From Nitrosopumilus sp. (GTDB lineage: Archaea > Thermoproteota > Nitrososphaeria > Nitrososphaerales > Nitrosopumilaceae), in NCBI GenBank assembly GCA_965207445.1, contig CBDBLX010000002.1, positions 704,001 to 768,000 of the forward strand: a stretch of 64,000 nt of DNA, in the 5' to 3' direction. Each line of letters opens with the position of its first letter. The first letter of the stretch is position 1. This document shows positions 21,030 through 32,454 of the stretch, in pieces. Under the pieces are notes generated by a model. The model made no database searches, was not told the origin of the DNA, and saw only the letters and a program-made list of their open reading frames with translations. Position numbers and translations under genes: made by a program.

Positions 21030-21350
21030 TTATTGATTGATTGATTGCGTTTTATTACTTGTCGGCTCTATGGTTTTGTCTTTTTTGGATGTCTTTTTGC
21101 CTTTTCTCTTTTTTATGAGACTATACATAATCATCCCAACATTAATAATTGATATTATTTCTATGAGGTCCACACCATACAAAAGCCAATCAAGTATGGG
21201 GTGAACTCTTGAGACGTATCCTGCCTCTAACATTATATCTGCATTCCATACCATGTGTGGTATCTGTATGAATTGTATGATGGCAATCAATATCACACTT
21301 CCTAGTATTTTATCTTCGTACCAATTCCAAAATTTGTTCCAAATATTCAT
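21030..21350 (-). CDS. Small membrane protein
   Basis: Two TM segments and basic tail. Confidence 0.7.
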   Translation of the reverse strand: MNIWNKFWNWYEDKILGSVILIAIIQFIQIPHMVWNADIMLEAGYVSRVHPILDWLLYGVDLIEIISIINVGMIMYSLIKKRKGKKTSKKDKTIEPTSNKTQSINQ

Positions 21351-21449
21351 AGTATTTTATGTATTTTTATTCTAAATAAAGTATATGAAAATTAGTGTTG
21401 TCTAATTAGTGATTCCTAATTAATCACAGCTAACTTGTACACATGATGG

Positions 21450-22997
21450 TCAGTGTGTATCCTTTTTTATCTTTTCACGTTTTATCCACACTGTGTCACC
21501 TTTACGATCCAAAATCTCAACATTCTCTGCCAATAATTCATCTCTTATTGTATCTGCTTTTTCATACTGTTTACTTTCTCTGAGTTTGTTGCGTTGTGTA
21601 ACAATGTCATCAATTCTCACATATTCATTGTCATATATCTTGCATATGTTCAATCCTAGTACGTTTAGCATATCTGTCATGTATGATATTGCATCTTTTG
21701 CCCATTTATGATCAAGTGTGTTTGTTACTATTTTGTTGTTTGTCTCTGATACTATTGTTAATAATGCTGATAGAGCCAAGTGCGTATTGAGGTCATCATT
21801 TAATGCATCTTTGAATTTCTGCTTCATCCTTACAAGATCGTTTGGTTTGTGATGTGTTGGAATATTTTCATCCGTTGGCTTGTAATCTTTGTCTATTCTA
21901 GTTGCATGTATGAGCTCAAAATAACATGCTTCTATATGACGCCATCGTGTAAGACTCTCTTGAATATTCTCTTCTGAATAATCAATTGGCTTTGCATAAT
22001 GCGCTGATAAGCAAAACAGCCTAATTACATTTGGTCCCCAGTCATTCAATGCTTGCCTTACTGATCTGATGTTGCCAAGTGACTTTGACATTTTCTCACC
22101 TTGAATAGTTACCATTCCAACATGCATCCAAATTCTAGCAAACGTATTGCCTGTACATGACTCGGATTGCGCAATCTCATTTTCATGATGTGGGAATATC
22201 AGATCACGTCCACCTCCGTGTATGTCTATTGTATCTCCGAGATACTTTGTACTCATGGCAGAGCATTCTATATGCCAGCCTGGCCTTCCATTCCCCCATG
22301 GACTTTTCCATGATGGATTACCGTCTTCAAATTTCCATAAAGCAAAATCCAGCGGATCTCGTTTTGCTTCATCTACTTGTATTCGTGCACCTGTCCTCAG
22401 TTCATTTACCCTTTTTTTTGAGAGGCAACAATATTTTGAATATTGAGACACTGCAAAATATACTCCGTTTTTTGATACATATGCCATATTTCTTTTGATC
22501 AATTTTTCAACAAATTTTATTATGTCTGAAATGTGTTCTGTTGCTTTAGGGTACGCATCTGCTCTGATTACGTTGAGCGCATCGAACTCTGTATAGTATC
22601 TCTCAATGTATCTGTTGCTTATCTCTTGTGCTGCTACATTTTCCATCTGTGCACGTGTGATTATTTTGTCATCAACATCGGTAAAATTTTGTATCATTTT
22701 GACTTTGAGGTTTTGCTCAAGATATCGTCTGAGTACGTCAAACACAATTATAGTTCTTGCATGGCCGATATGTGCATCATCATATACGGTTACACCGCAC
22801 AGGTATATTGATATTGTATTATTATTATTATTATTATTTTTTTTGACCAGTTTCTTTTTTTTATCTGATAACGTATCGTGGATTACTATGTTGCTATCTA
22901 CTGCCGTCTCACTATCTACTGTCTCCAACCTGTGCTGCTCATCTTGCGTCAGTGGAGGGATGTCACTATCTACTGCCGTCTCACTATCTACTGTCAT
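21450..22997 (-). CDS. cysS: Cysteine--tRNA ligase with repetitive N-terminal extension
   Basis: '[17 protein letters not shown]', '[12 protein letters not shown]', '[10 protein letters not shown]', KMSKS. Confidence 0.97.
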   Translation of the reverse strand: MTVDSETAVDSDIPPLTQDEQHRLETVDSETAVDSNIVIHDTLSDKKKKLVKKNNNNNNNTISIYLCGVTVYDDAHIGHARTIIVFDVLRRYLEQNLKVKMIQNFTDVDDKIITRAQMENVAAQEISNRYIERYYTEFDALNVIRADAYPKATEHISDIIKFVEKLIKRNMAYVSKNGVYFAVSQYSKYCCLSKKRVNELRTGARIQVDEAKRDPLDFALWKFEDGNPSWKSPWGNGRPGWHIECSAMSTKYLGDTIDIHGGGRDLIFPHHENEIAQSESCTGNTFARIWMHVGMVTIQGEKMSKSLGNIRSVRQALNDWGPNVIRLFCLSAHYAKPIDYSEENIQESLTRWRHIEACYFELIHATRIDKDYKPTDENIPTHHKPNDLVRMKQKFKDALNDDLNTHLALSALLTIVSETNNKIVTNTLDHKWAKDAISYMTDMLNVLGLNICKIYDNEYVRIDDIVTQRNKLRESKQYEKADTIRDELLAENVEILDRKGDTVWIKREKIKKDTH

Positions 22998-23010
22998 ATT
23001 TACTCACACT

Positions 23011-23835
23011 TCAAATATCATGTGACTGTTGCCCACTCTCTTCTCTTACTGGCGTATCTCTTTTATGCTTGCTTTTCTGATTCATTTTTGCTATTTTTTG
23101 TACTATTTCTATGTCTATGTGTAATGTCTGCGCTGTTTTTTGTATTGACATGCCTTTTTCGATCATACACCACAATATCGCATCTACATCTTCATACGTA
23201 GCGCCAATCTCCTCTTCTGCACTTTTACCATCTTTTTGCAGAAATGGATTGCTTTTTTTCTCTATTATTTTATCTGGTACTTTGAGATGCCTTGCAAGCT
23301 CACGCACTTGTGTTTTGTACAATGTTACTATTGGCATTACATCTGATGCACCGTCACCGTATTTTGTGAAATATCCGATCATATATTCACTTTTATCACT
23401 TGAACCTAATACAAGTCTGTTCTTTGCGTTTGCATAATAGTATAAAATATTCGATCGAATTCTGGCACAGAGATTGGCTCGTGATAACTTGTTTGGTTCC
23501 AAGTACATACTATACTCGTGAACTATGGGACTAATATCAATCAGTTTGTATTCTAATCCTAGAATTGATATGATTCTATGAGCATCTTCGGTCTCTGATT
23601 CTGGTGTTACTGTAGTGTCTGGCATTATGATTGCAAGTGTGTTTTTGCGTATCTCTTCTTCTGCTTTGCATATATATGCTAAAACTGCTGAATCTATACC
23701 GCCACTGAGTCCAAACACTACTCCTTTTGCTTGTGCATTGTTTAATTGAGTCTTGATGAGATTTATGGTGCGACGTGTGATCTCATCATAGTCCTTGTTT
23801 ATGATATTTGATATTATATCTGTACTCAATAACAT
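23011..23835 (-). CDS. nadE: NH3-dependent NAD+ synthetase
   Basis: 'GLSGGIDS', 'GYFTKYGDG', 'LYKTQVRELA'. Confidence 0.95.
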   Translation of the reverse strand: MLLSTDIISNIINKDYDEITRRTINLIKTQLNNAQAKGVVFGLSGGIDSAVLAYICKAEEEIRKNTLAIIMPDTTVTPESETEDAHRIISILGLEYKLIDISPIVHEYSMYLEPNKLSRANLCARIRSNILYYYANAKNRLVLGSSDKSEYMIGYFTKYGDGASDVMPIVTLYKTQVRELARHLKVPDKIIEKKSNPFLQKDGKSAEEEIGATYEDVDAILWCMIEKGMSIQKTAQTLHIDIEIVQKIAKMNQKSKHKRDTPVREESGQQSHDI

Positions 23836-23879
23836 AATATCTGTAATATGTTAGAATAAAGGTTTTGATGACAATGATC

Positions 23880-23951
23880 GTGATGATGATAGTGATGATG
23901 ATAGTGATGATGATAGTGATGGTGATAGTGATGGTGATAGTGATGGTGATC
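23880..23951. repeat. 12-bp tandem repeat GTGAT(G/A-variant)GATA x6
   Basis: (GTGATGATGATA)x3 followed by (GTGATGGTGATA)x~3. Confidence 0.9.
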
Positions 23952-24026
23952 GTGCTCTTGTAATATTTTTCTAATGTTTTGATACAATCCAAACATTACA
24001 ATAATTATTTTCTTTATATGATACAC

Positions 24027-24107
24027 GTAAAAGGTCAATTCTCGTGTCTGTTCTAGATGTTAGGCAATGAATCTGTGCCTAAATTTGGGAAGGGATTGAG
24101 CAGTTAC
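24027..24107. mobile_element. ~81-bp MITE type A, degenerate copy
   Basis: GTAA...GAATCTGTGCCTAAATTTGGGAAGG...CAGTTAC; TSD ATGATACAC/ATGATATAC. Confidence 0.75.
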
Positions 24108-24195
24108 ATGATATACGTGTGCGTGTGTTGTGTGTGTGTTGTGATTATACATTTGATGTCATGTAACTTTTGATGAACTTTTACATGGAAAACTC

Positions 24196-24501
24196 TCATT
24201 CTACGTCAACATATATGCCATCATCTCTGACTTGCACTTGATATGTTTGCAGCTTTACACCTTTAATGTAGTCTTTTAACTCTCCTGTTTTGATATTATA
24301 GTGCCAAAAGTGCAGGGGACACTCTACAATATCTCCGTCTAGTTTACCTGGTGCAATTGAACCATCTTGATGCACGCACAAATCATCTATTGCATGGTAG
24401 CCGTCTTGGTTGAAAAGTGCAATCTGTTTGCCATCTATATTAAATGCCTTTCCTTTACCGTCTGCTACGTCACCTTTTTGCGCAATTTTTCTCCATGCCA
24501 T
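24196..24501 (-). CDS. Rieske [2Fe-2S] ferredoxin
   Basis: CxH 'CVH' and CxxH 'CPLH'. Confidence 0.9.
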   Translation of the reverse strand: MAWRKIAQKGDVADGKGKAFNIDGKQIALFNQDGYHAIDDLCVHQDGSIAPGKLDGDIVECPLHFWHYNIKTGELKDYIKGVKLQTYQVQVRDDGIYVDVE

Positions 24502-24725
24502 GATTGTTGTGTATGTGGCATGTATTTAGATTGTTTGAATGCTTGGTACAATTAATTCAACACAACTGTTTAATTTCTATGTGTGGCGACCGTTTATTCC
24601 ATACACTTGCATTAATGAAGAAATAACTGAATTAGTATCTAAAATAAGATGACAAACGTGTGGACAATTATTTGAATATATAAATTAATCACGTCTATAG
24701 GATTTTATACTGTACATCAGGAGCT

Positions 24726-25982
24726 TTGATGATGAGCAAGGTAAAAGGTAGCTCTAAACTGGCACGACAAGGGGAAATGTCATATGAATGGGCAAGATCT
24801 CATATGCATATACTTGATAATACAATATCTAGATTAAAGAAAAGAGGGAATGGCAAACCACTTGATGGAGTTACAATTGGGCTCTGTTTGCATATTACAA
24901 AGGAAACATCAGTACTGTTAATGGGTCTAAAAGACTTGGGTGCCAATGTGGCGTGTTGCGGTGGCAATCCACTTACGACTCAAGACGACATTGCTGTGTT
25001 TTTGGCATCTCGTGGTATACACACGTATGCATGGAGTACTGAGACGCAAAAAGAGTACGAGTGGTGCATCTCAAAGGTACTCTCCCATAAACCATCCATA
25101 TTGGTCGATGATGGTGCTGATATGAACATCACTGCCCACTTTGACTCTAAATTCTCAGATCTACATATACTAGGCGCAACAGAGGAGACCACCGCAGGTG
25201 TGACTCGTATACGTGCAGTTCAAAAACAAGGCAAGCTCAAGTATCCTGTAATCTTGGTTAATGAGGCTCACACAAAAAATCTGTTTGATAACAGATATGG
25301 TACCGGCCAGTCATCAATTGATGGGTATCTACGTGCTATGAATCTCTTGATGGCATCAAAACGTGTCGTGGTTGCAGGATATGGGTGGGTTGGTAAAGGA
25401 GTTGCTGCTCGCTGTCGAGGCATGGGATCGCGTGTTGTCGTCACAGAAGTTGATCCCGTACGGGCACTTGAAGCGCACATGGATGGCTTTGATGTGGAGC
25501 CAATGTCAAAAGCATGTAAAACCGGTCAAATATTTATCACATGTACTGGAATGCGTGATGTTATAACAGGTGAGCATATTGATAAGATGCCTAACTCTGC
25601 TATAATGGGTAATGTGGGACATTTTGATGTTGAGATTGACAGCGACTATTTGTTAGAGCAATCAAAATCTGTTCGTGAAGTTAGGCCAAACCTTGATGAA
25701 TGCACTCTCAAAAATGGCAAAAAAGTATATCTTATTGGTAAAGGACGTCTTGCAAATTTGGTTGCAGCAGAAGGACACCCTCCTGAAGTAATGGCCCAGT
25801 CGTTCTCAAACCAACTGAGCTCTATATTTTACATTCTAGAGAACCACAATACGATGAAAAATGAGATTATAACCGTACCAGAGTCAATTGACAAGCAAGT
25901 AGCAATTGATGCATTGGATGCTATGGATGTGAAGATTGACAAGCTTACGCCAATTCAGAAGAAATATGCTGAGAGTTGGTAA
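24726..25982 (+). CDS. ahcY: S-adenosylhomocysteine hydrolase
   Basis: 'EETTAG', 'FDNRYGTGQS', 'GYGWVGKG', 'GRLANL...GHP'. Confidence 0.97.
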   Translation: MMMSKVKGSSKLARQGEMSYEWARSHMHILDNTISRLKKRGNGKPLDGVTIGLCLHITKETSVLLMGLKDLGANVACCGGNPLTTQDDIAVFLASRGIHTYAWSTETQKEYEWCISKVLSHKPSILVDDGADMNITAHFDSKFSDLHILGATEETTAGVTRIRAVQKQGKLKYPVILVNEAHTKNLFDNRYGTGQSSIDGYLRAMNLLMASKRVVVAGYGWVGKGVAARCRGMGSRVVVTEVDPVRALEAHMDGFDVEPMSKACKTGQIFITCTGMRDVITGEHIDKMPNSAIMGNVGHFDVEIDSDYLLEQSKSVREVRPNLDECTLKNGKKVYLIGKGRLANLVAAEGHPPEVMAQSFSNQLSSIFYILENHNTMKNEIITVPESIDKQVAIDALDAMDVKIDKLTPIQKKYAESW

Positions 25983-26047
25983 GCTTTTAACTCTTGTATG
26001 TGTTGTTGTATTATTGATTAATGGTAGTGGTGGTGGTGATGTGACAG

Positions 26048-27799
26048 ATGGTATCTAAAAAGGCAATCATTACAAGCGCACTTCCATATGCAAATGGAGA
26101 GATACATTTGGGGCATGTGGCATCTACATATTTGCCTGCTGATGTGACGTGCAGATATCTAAAACTAAAGGGCGTACAGGCTTACTATATCTGTGCATCT
26201 GATGATTTTGGAACACCCATCCTCATCCAGTCTGAGAAAAAGGGCATTACACCAAAAGAGTATGTTGCACAATGGAATAAACGCGACCGCGAGGATTTTG
26301 AGGCGCTTGGAATAGAGTTTGACTACTTTTCACAGACTAGTTCACAACGTAACATACAGTTTGTTCAAGATGTATTCTCCAAATTGTTTCGTGCAGGGCA
26401 CATATATGAAAATGAAATATTGCAATTTTACTGTGAGTCTTGTGCAAAGTTTCTTCCTGACCGTTATGTCAAAGGTACATGTCCATCCTGTGGCGCAGTT
26501 GATCAATACTCTGATCTGTGTGAGGTATGTAGTAGAATACCAGACGATATACATGATCCAAAGTGTGCAATATGTGGCGATACTCCTACAAAGAAGAGAA
26601 CTAGTCATTCGTTTTTTCGACTGAGCAGCTTTGCACAAGATTTGTCAAAGTGGCTTGATGATAATGTGAATCTTCAAAAAGATGTAAAACGATATGTACA
26701 GCACTGGATATCAACAGGGCTCTCAGATTGGGATATCACTCGTGACATACCATGGGGGGTTCCGGTGCCGTTGCAGCAAGCTGACGGCAGTGACTCAAAA
26801 AATGTACATACTTCAAAGGTATTTTATGGGTGGTTTGATAACCATTTGGCTTATATCTCATCGGCAATTGAGTTTTTAGAGAAAAAAAATATTGATGGAA
26901 AAGAGTTTTGGAACTCTGCTGACATCTATCACTTTATTGGCAAAGATATTGTATATCACCACTATCTGTTTCTTCCTGCGATGCGGCTTGGTATTGATTC
27001 AGAATACAAACTTCCTGATTTTATACCTACACGTGGACACCTTACGTTACAGTCAAAAAAGATATCAAAAAGTAGAAATTGGTATATTGGATTGCGTGAA
27101 TTCTTACAGTATTACCCTGCTGATTATCTGAGATACTATCTTGCATCCATTAACCCTTACTCTCAAGATGACATCAATTTTGACTGGGACGAGTTTGCAT
27201 TAAAGATAAACTCTGAATTAATTGGAAATCTTGGCAACTTTGTGAACCGTGCATTAGGGTTTACTGTAAAAAAGTTCGATGGTGTGGTGCCTAAAACCAC
27301 TTTATCTGTTGACGATATCTATAATGATATTTCTAATGATATTTCTAATGATATTTCTAATGATGATAGTAAAGCCATAAAGCAGATCACAACACTAAGT
27401 TCTGAGATTGGTATGTTAATGGAACAAAATCACCTTGATCGTGCACTTAAAAGGTTGATGGCATTCTCTTCTCACTTTAATCAGTACTTTCAACACAAAG
27501 AGCCATGGCGAGGTGAGTCACCGTCTGCTGAAAACTGCATATTTCTGTCTGTTAATGCAGCACGTAGTATTGCAATTGCGTTATACCCATTTCTCTCAAA
27601 CTCTGCATCAAAGATGTGGATGCAACTGGGACTTGATAATTGTGGTGGCGTTGAGGACTGTTCTTGGAGTGACATATCAAATATAATCATTAAACCTGGC
27701 CATAAATTGGGCCATGTCTCGCCATTGTTTGAACGCATCGATGAAAAAGAAATTAAGCAACACAAACAGAAACTAGGTCATTTTGATGATGCTACATAA
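26048..27799 (+). CDS. metG: Methionine--tRNA ligase
   Basis: 'SALPYANG..HLGH', zinc knuckles, 'IGKDI', KISKS. Confidence 0.97.
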   Translation: MVSKKAIITSALPYANGEIHLGHVASTYLPADVTCRYLKLKGVQAYYICASDDFGTPILIQSEKKGITPKEYVAQWNKRDREDFEALGIEFDYFSQTSSQRNIQFVQDVFSKLFRAGHIYENEILQFYCESCAKFLPDRYVKGTCPSCGAVDQYSDLCEVCSRIPDDIHDPKCAICGDTPTKKRTSHSFFRLSSFAQDLSKWLDDNVNLQKDVKRYVQHWISTGLSDWDITRDIPWGVPVPLQQADGSDSKNVHTSKVFYGWFDNHLAYISSAIEFLEKKNIDGKEFWNSADIYHFIGKDIVYHHYLFLPAMRLGIDSEYKLPDFIPTRGHLTLQSKKISKSRNWYIGLREFLQYYPADYLRYYLASINPYSQDDINFDWDEFALKINSELIGNLGNFVNRALGFTVKKFDGVVPKTTLSVDDIYNDISNDISNDISNDDSKAIKQITTLSSEIGMLMEQNHLDRALKRLMAFSSHFNQYFQHKEPWRGESPSAENCIFLSVNAARSIAIALYPFLSNSASKMWMQLGLDNCGGVEDCSWSDISNIIIKPGHKLGHVSPLFERIDEKEIKQHKQKLGHFDDAT

Positions 27800-27928
27800 T
27801 GTTGATTCTGATGATGATAAACGTATGTCTGTATTTATACGAGGCAGACGATCCTGGACACTACTTGAGCAAGTACTAAAATTTACAAACAACCAAATGA
27901 TCGACACAATCTCTAATATGTCGAATAA

Positions 27929-28010
27929 GTAACCGTTCAACCCCACGTACCTGCGCCAGATGTTAGGTGGTGAATTTGTGCCTAAATTTGGGAAGGAGTT
28001 GAACGGTTAC
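27929..28010. mobile_element. 82-bp MITE type A
   Basis: TIRs GTAACCGTTCAAC/GTTGAACGGTTAC; perfect TSD GTCGAATAA. Confidence 0.9.
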
Positions 28011-28059
28011 GTCGAATAAAATATCTAGATTTTTATCGACATGATGCTGACTAGTCAAC

Positions 28060-28887
28060 ATGTCTAAGAAAGATATCTCAACTACACATCATGCTCCAAA
28101 TATGATGTCTAAATTTGCTAGAATTACCACCAGACACTCTTATGATCTGAGTACTGGCAAGGCCTTGCATTCTCAGATCAGATACAGATTATATCCAAAA
28201 TACTATTTCAAAGGTATGATTAACACTCCTGAACTATTCATTATGGTTCATGGACTTCGAAATGATGAGCGTGGTGCATCTGAAAAGCTAAAAATTGCAC
28301 AAAATATGCTACAGAGACTCTGGCATGGTGATGATTCATACCATGCAGTAGGATTCAGTTACGACTCTAATACTAGAGGTGCACATATCAGTCGTTACCA
28401 AAAACATGCACTAGCAGTAGGACGTCGCATCGCAAAGGCAAATAGAAAATACTTGGCTCAGTTTTTATTAGACTTTAAAAAAAATAGCAAAAATACAAAG
28501 ATTAGATTGCTTGGACACTCACTTGGCTCAGAGGTCATACATCACACCATTGTACATCTTGCAAGTTTGTCGAAACTCCACTCGACACACAATATTATTG
28601 AAAGTGCTCATTTTTTTGGCTCGTCTCTACCCAATAATATTCAACATGATGCAAAAGTGTGCAATGCAATTGATCATTGCATAAGTGACAAACTTGTAAA
28701 CTATTATGCACCTACTGATGATGTTTTATCATATGCTACAAAAACAAAGATAATTTCTGGTGCCCGTCCACTTGGGTTATGTGGTGTTGCATCTGGCCCT
28801 GTTGCTGCCAAGTATAGACAATACAAAGTATGCCCTGAAAATCACCGGTTTGCAAGCTATGCAACTGCACTAGAATCATTTCCATGA
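28060..28887 (+). CDS. Alpha/beta hydrolase (DUF726/DUF900-like)
   Basis: 'MVHGL' and nucleophile elbow GHSLG. Confidence 0.8.
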   Translation: MSKKDISTTHHAPNMMSKFARITTRHSYDLSTGKALHSQIRYRLYPKYYFKGMINTPELFIMVHGLRNDERGASEKLKIAQNMLQRLWHGDDSYHAVGFSYDSNTRGAHISRYQKHALAVGRRIAKANRKYLAQFLLDFKKNSKNTKIRLLGHSLGSEVIHHTIVHLASLSKLHSTHNIIESAHFFGSSLPNNIQHDAKVCNAIDHCISDKLVNYYAPTDDVLSYATKTKIISGARPLGLCGVASGPVAAKYRQYKVCPENHRFASYATALESFP

Positions 28888-28920
28888 TGTGTAAACGACT
28901 AACTCTTAAGACGCCCTACT

Positions 28921-29928
28921 TTGGTTTTTTGTATGAGTGTTCGTGATTCTGCACATTCGATTAACTTTTGCGTATTAGGTAATCAAAAACTTGCGCTTGA
29001 ATTTGGCAAGGCTGGCACTTCATCTGATATTACCATATATGATAAAAAGGCTCGTGACGCGGTAAGAACGTGGGTTGTGGCAAGCGGGTTTCCAGAAAAA
29101 ATACCTCCGTTATTTCAAACGATCTTGATGTCTGAATATGTAATTTTTTATGTAGATTTACTTGACAAATTTACCGGTGAGCAGATTATTGCACTTGACA
29201 TTTTAGGTAAAAAAGACGGAATACTGTGTCATGCCTATGAAGTTGATTCAACTAAACTCGATATGATGATCAAAGGCACTGTGGTTGAAAATTATACTCG
29301 CGTTGAGATACCAAATCTTATAGATGCCGTCAATGCAATGCCACCTATTGCCTCTGATGTAAATACATCTACTAGTCCATCTGAGATCGTAATAGATCAT
29401 TCTTTTGATGTCAAAGGTGTTGGAACTGTAATACTTGGAAGAGTAACTCGTGGTTCTATAAAACAGTATGATACACTACTGCACTATCCTATACTATCTG
29501 AGGTTTTGGTAAAGTCGATACAGATGCACGATGATCCTGTAAGTTTGGCATCATATCCGGCACGTGTGGGGTTGGCTCTTAAAGGTGTAAAACCTGATGA
29601 TATACAGCGCGGTGATATTTTATCTCTTGCACAAAATGATTCACTAGTTGTATCATCGCATATACGATTGGAATATGTGCCTAATCGCTTTTACAAAGGA
29701 GGCTTGTCTGAGAATCAAGGATGTATCATATCGATAGGACTTTTGGCACGTGCATCAATAATATCTCAGATTGTCACGTCTAGTGATGATGATGATGAAA
29801 TAACCACAATTGACTTGAAATTTACAAAACCAATTGTATGTCACATAGGTGACACTGCTGTACTCTTGAGGCCCGAAGCTACTCCGGTTAGAATCGTGGG
29901 GTCGGGGCGTATCGTAGAATCCGTCTAA
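28921..29928 (+). CDS. SelB/EF-Tu-like translation-factor protein with degenerate G-domain
   Basis: 'IDHSFDVKGVGTVILG', 'VKSIQMHD', 'RVGLALKG...RGD'. Confidence 0.8.
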   Translation: MVFCMSVRDSAHSINFCVLGNQKLALEFGKAGTSSDITIYDKKARDAVRTWVVASGFPEKIPPLFQTILMSEYVIFYVDLLDKFTGEQIIALDILGKKDGILCHAYEVDSTKLDMMIKGTVVENYTRVEIPNLIDAVNAMPPIASDVNTSTSPSEIVIDHSFDVKGVGTVILGRVTRGSIKQYDTLLHYPILSEVLVKSIQMHDDPVSLASYPARVGLALKGVKPDDIQRGDILSLAQNDSLVVSSHIRLEYVPNRFYKGGLSENQGCIISIGLLARASIISQIVTSSDDDDEITTIDLKFTKPIVCHIGDTAVLLRPEATPVRIVGSGRIVESV

Positions 29929-29937
29929 AATAATAGT

Positions 29938-30549
29938 ATGAAGCATATTATACAATGTGAGGAAATGTCACAACAACCATCTTTATCTACTGTTAAGAGA
30001 TTGACAATTGGAATGACTGGGAGCACAGGCTCCATATATGGAATACGCTTGCTTGAAGTGTTACGGGAACTCAGAATAGAAACACACCTTGTAATGTCTG
30101 ATTGGGCAACAAAATGCATCACAATGGAGACTGACTATACTGTGTCTGATGTTAAAAATCTTGCCACCTTTACTTCTAGTGACTCAAATATGGCATCTAC
30201 AATATCAAGTGGAACATCTCTGATAAATGGTATGATTGTGGCGCCTTGTAGCATGAAGACAGTGTCTGCAATTGCAAATGGGTATGATGACACACTAATC
30301 TCTAGAGCAGCAGGTGTTACGATCAAAGAATCCCGTAAACTAGTTTTAATAGCAAGGGAATCTCCCTTGTCTGCAATACATCTTGAGAATATGTTAAAAC
30401 TTGCTCGACTTGGAGTAGTTATCATGCCACCTGTGACAGAATTTTATACCAAACCAAAAACATTATCTGATATTGTAAATCACACTATTGGCAAATGCCT
30501 TGATCAATTCCAAATTCCACACATGATCTCTGATCGGTGGGGTTCCTAG
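29938..30549 (+). CDS. ubiX: Flavin prenyltransferase UbiX
   Basis: 'GMTGSTGSIYG', 'APCSMKT', 'RESPLSAIHLENM'. Confidence 0.93.
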   Translation: MKHIIQCEEMSQQPSLSTVKRLTIGMTGSTGSIYGIRLLEVLRELRIETHLVMSDWATKCITMETDYTVSDVKNLATFTSSDSNMASTISSGTSLINGMIVAPCSMKTVSAIANGYDDTLISRAAGVTIKESRKLVLIARESPLSAIHLENMLKLARLGVVIMPPVTEFYTKPKTLSDIVNHTIGKCLDQFQIPHMISDRWGS

Positions 30550-30572
30550 TTGCAATGATGCAGTGATAATTA

Positions 30573-31055
30573 ATGCAAAAATTCATTCTGAGAAATACTG
30601 TACATACTGACATTGAATCTGCTTATACTATATTATGTGATCCTAAAGTATACCAAAGCGTGATTCCGCATCATTACCCATCTGTTCGTGTAATGTCTGT
30701 TCGTGGTAATACAATGGTTGCAGAAGAGCATCTGATTATTGGACAGTGTGAGTTAGTTATCATGGCAAAGCATGTTTTTGCCCCTCCACATAGACATGAG
30801 ACATTTATCATAGGCGGTGATGCAAAACGATCTCATATAATACATGATCTTGTAGAAAATAAGAGATCTAATAATGTAGATTTGAATAATACAATTGATC
30901 ATAATATATCATACACTACTGTCACTACTACTATTGAGTTTAATATGGGCAGGCTTGCATTTTTCTCAAGACATCGTACTATCCAATCGATCGAAGATTC
31001 GTTTAAGAGTATAATGCATGATCTTGTCAATGTAGCAGAGTCTAAATCTAAATGA
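30573..31055 (+). CDS. SRPBCC/polyketide cyclase-like protein
   Basis: START-like pattern 'YPSVRVMSVR...VAEEHL'. Confidence 0.6.
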   Translation: MQKFILRNTVHTDIESAYTILCDPKVYQSVIPHHYPSVRVMSVRGNTMVAEEHLIIGQCELVIMAKHVFAPPHRHETFIIGGDAKRSHIIHDLVENKRSNNVDLNNTIDHNISYTTVTTTIEFNMGRLAFFSRHRTIQSIEDSFKSIMHDLVNVAESKSK

Positions 31056-31119
31056 TAATATTATATCTGATAATTTATTTTAAAATTTATCATTTAATTA
31101 TCATATCTGGTGTAAAATT

Positions 31120-31320
31120 TTACTGTTTTTTTTCCTTGTAGTCTTTCAGCTCTTTGTCGCCTTCAATCTTACCTTTTTCAAACTCACCTTTTGCTCTGCC
31201 CATAGTCTTTGCTAGTTCGGGTATCTTTTTGGCACCAAATATTAGCACTACTACCACAATGAGTAGTATTATCCATTCTTGGCCTGCTATAAATCCTACA
31301 AGTGAATCTAGAATTATCAT
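31120..31320 (-). CDS. tatA: Twin-arginine translocase TatA/E
   Basis: 'LIFGAKKIPELAKTMGRA..EF'. Confidence 0.93.
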   Translation of the reverse strand: MIILDSLVGFIAGQEWIILLIVVVVLIFGAKKIPELAKTMGRAKGEFEKGKIEGDKELKDYKEKKQ

Positions 31321-31555
31321 GATGTGTGTTGGTGGTTTTTAGATTTAAGTGTTAGATCTGGTGAGTTTTATGTACCGAGGATTGTTTTATGCAATCTGTG
31401 GTTTTGATATTGTGTATGCTACAAGTCTACCTGCCAATCACCGTATTCTTGTTATACTGTAGTAGACGATCTGATTCACTCTAATTTATTATAAAATATG
31501 TAATCTAATTTAAAATATTTTTGTTTGTTTTTGTGTGTTTGATCAACTTGAACTA

Positions 31556-31870
31556 TTAGTCTGATGGATTGATCTTCATCTCACCGTATTTTTTACTTAC
31601 AGATATTGATACCTCGCCTCGAAATTCTTTGGTGTAGCCATTGATGATCTCAACAACATCCCCCTCTTTTACCTTTGAGATTTCATCTCCCCAGAGTGTC
31701 ATCTTTATCTCTCCACTGTCATCTCCTAGTACGTGATCACATACATCTTTTGACTCACCTGATGCCTTTAACGTGACGGTTCGTTTTTCGCCGAGTTTTT
31801 TGACTTTGGCTTTTAAGTTTATACTGTTACGCATCTTTGTGGCTTGCTCAACTGTAACGTATTCTGTCAT
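31556..31870 (-). CDS. OB-fold single-stranded DNA-binding protein
   Basis: 'GDDSGEIKMTLW', 'GDVVEIINGY..EFRG'. Confidence 0.85.
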   Translation of the reverse strand: MTEYVTVEQATKMRNSINLKAKVKKLGEKRTVTLKASGESKDVCDHVLGDDSGEIKMTLWGDEISKVKEGDVVEIINGYTKEFRGEVSISVSKKYGEMKINPSD

Positions 31871-32454
31871 TGTATTTTGTACGATACGCGTAATTATAAG
31901 CCTTTATTCTTTCAACGTAACATAACCTTTCAAGACACTTACTCATTTTTACATCTAAATGATGATGTGTTGCAAAATATTTGTTTAAACTCACTTTTGG
32001 TGATGTATTACATTTGTGAGTATTTTGAGTGAAAACATTCATTTAAAAATTATTAGATGGTTTAAAAAGGATACACCCTCAATAAAAAAATAAACACATA
32101 TTTTTTTTTGACATACTAGGTTCATTTGTAAATTCAGTTGATGGTATTCAGAGGCATGTTGATTAAGAATTAGGCTCTAATAGTGCAATAACCATTCAAT
32201 AATATTGTCGTCGTTATTATGCTGTCACTGCCACACAACCTCGTAGAGCAACACATCTTCAAGCCCATTGTGACGGATTGTCGTCATTATTATTATGATG
32301 ATGATGTCACCGCCACACCGTCTTGTACCATATAAAAAGTCCCCCTGCCTCAACACTACAATCATCATTTTTTGTGTATTTTTAGTCTATGATCTGCCTA
32401 GCCATACTACTAATGAACCGAAATTGAGAAATAACCGTCTTTATGAGTAATTTT

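Noticed and set aside
23786..24038. His-rich and TI-repeat ORFs
   Set aside because: Translations of the 12-bp microsatellite.
32204..32318. Imperfect direct repeat upstream of tRNA-Leu
   Set aside because: Only two degenerate low-complexity copies; no supportable function.
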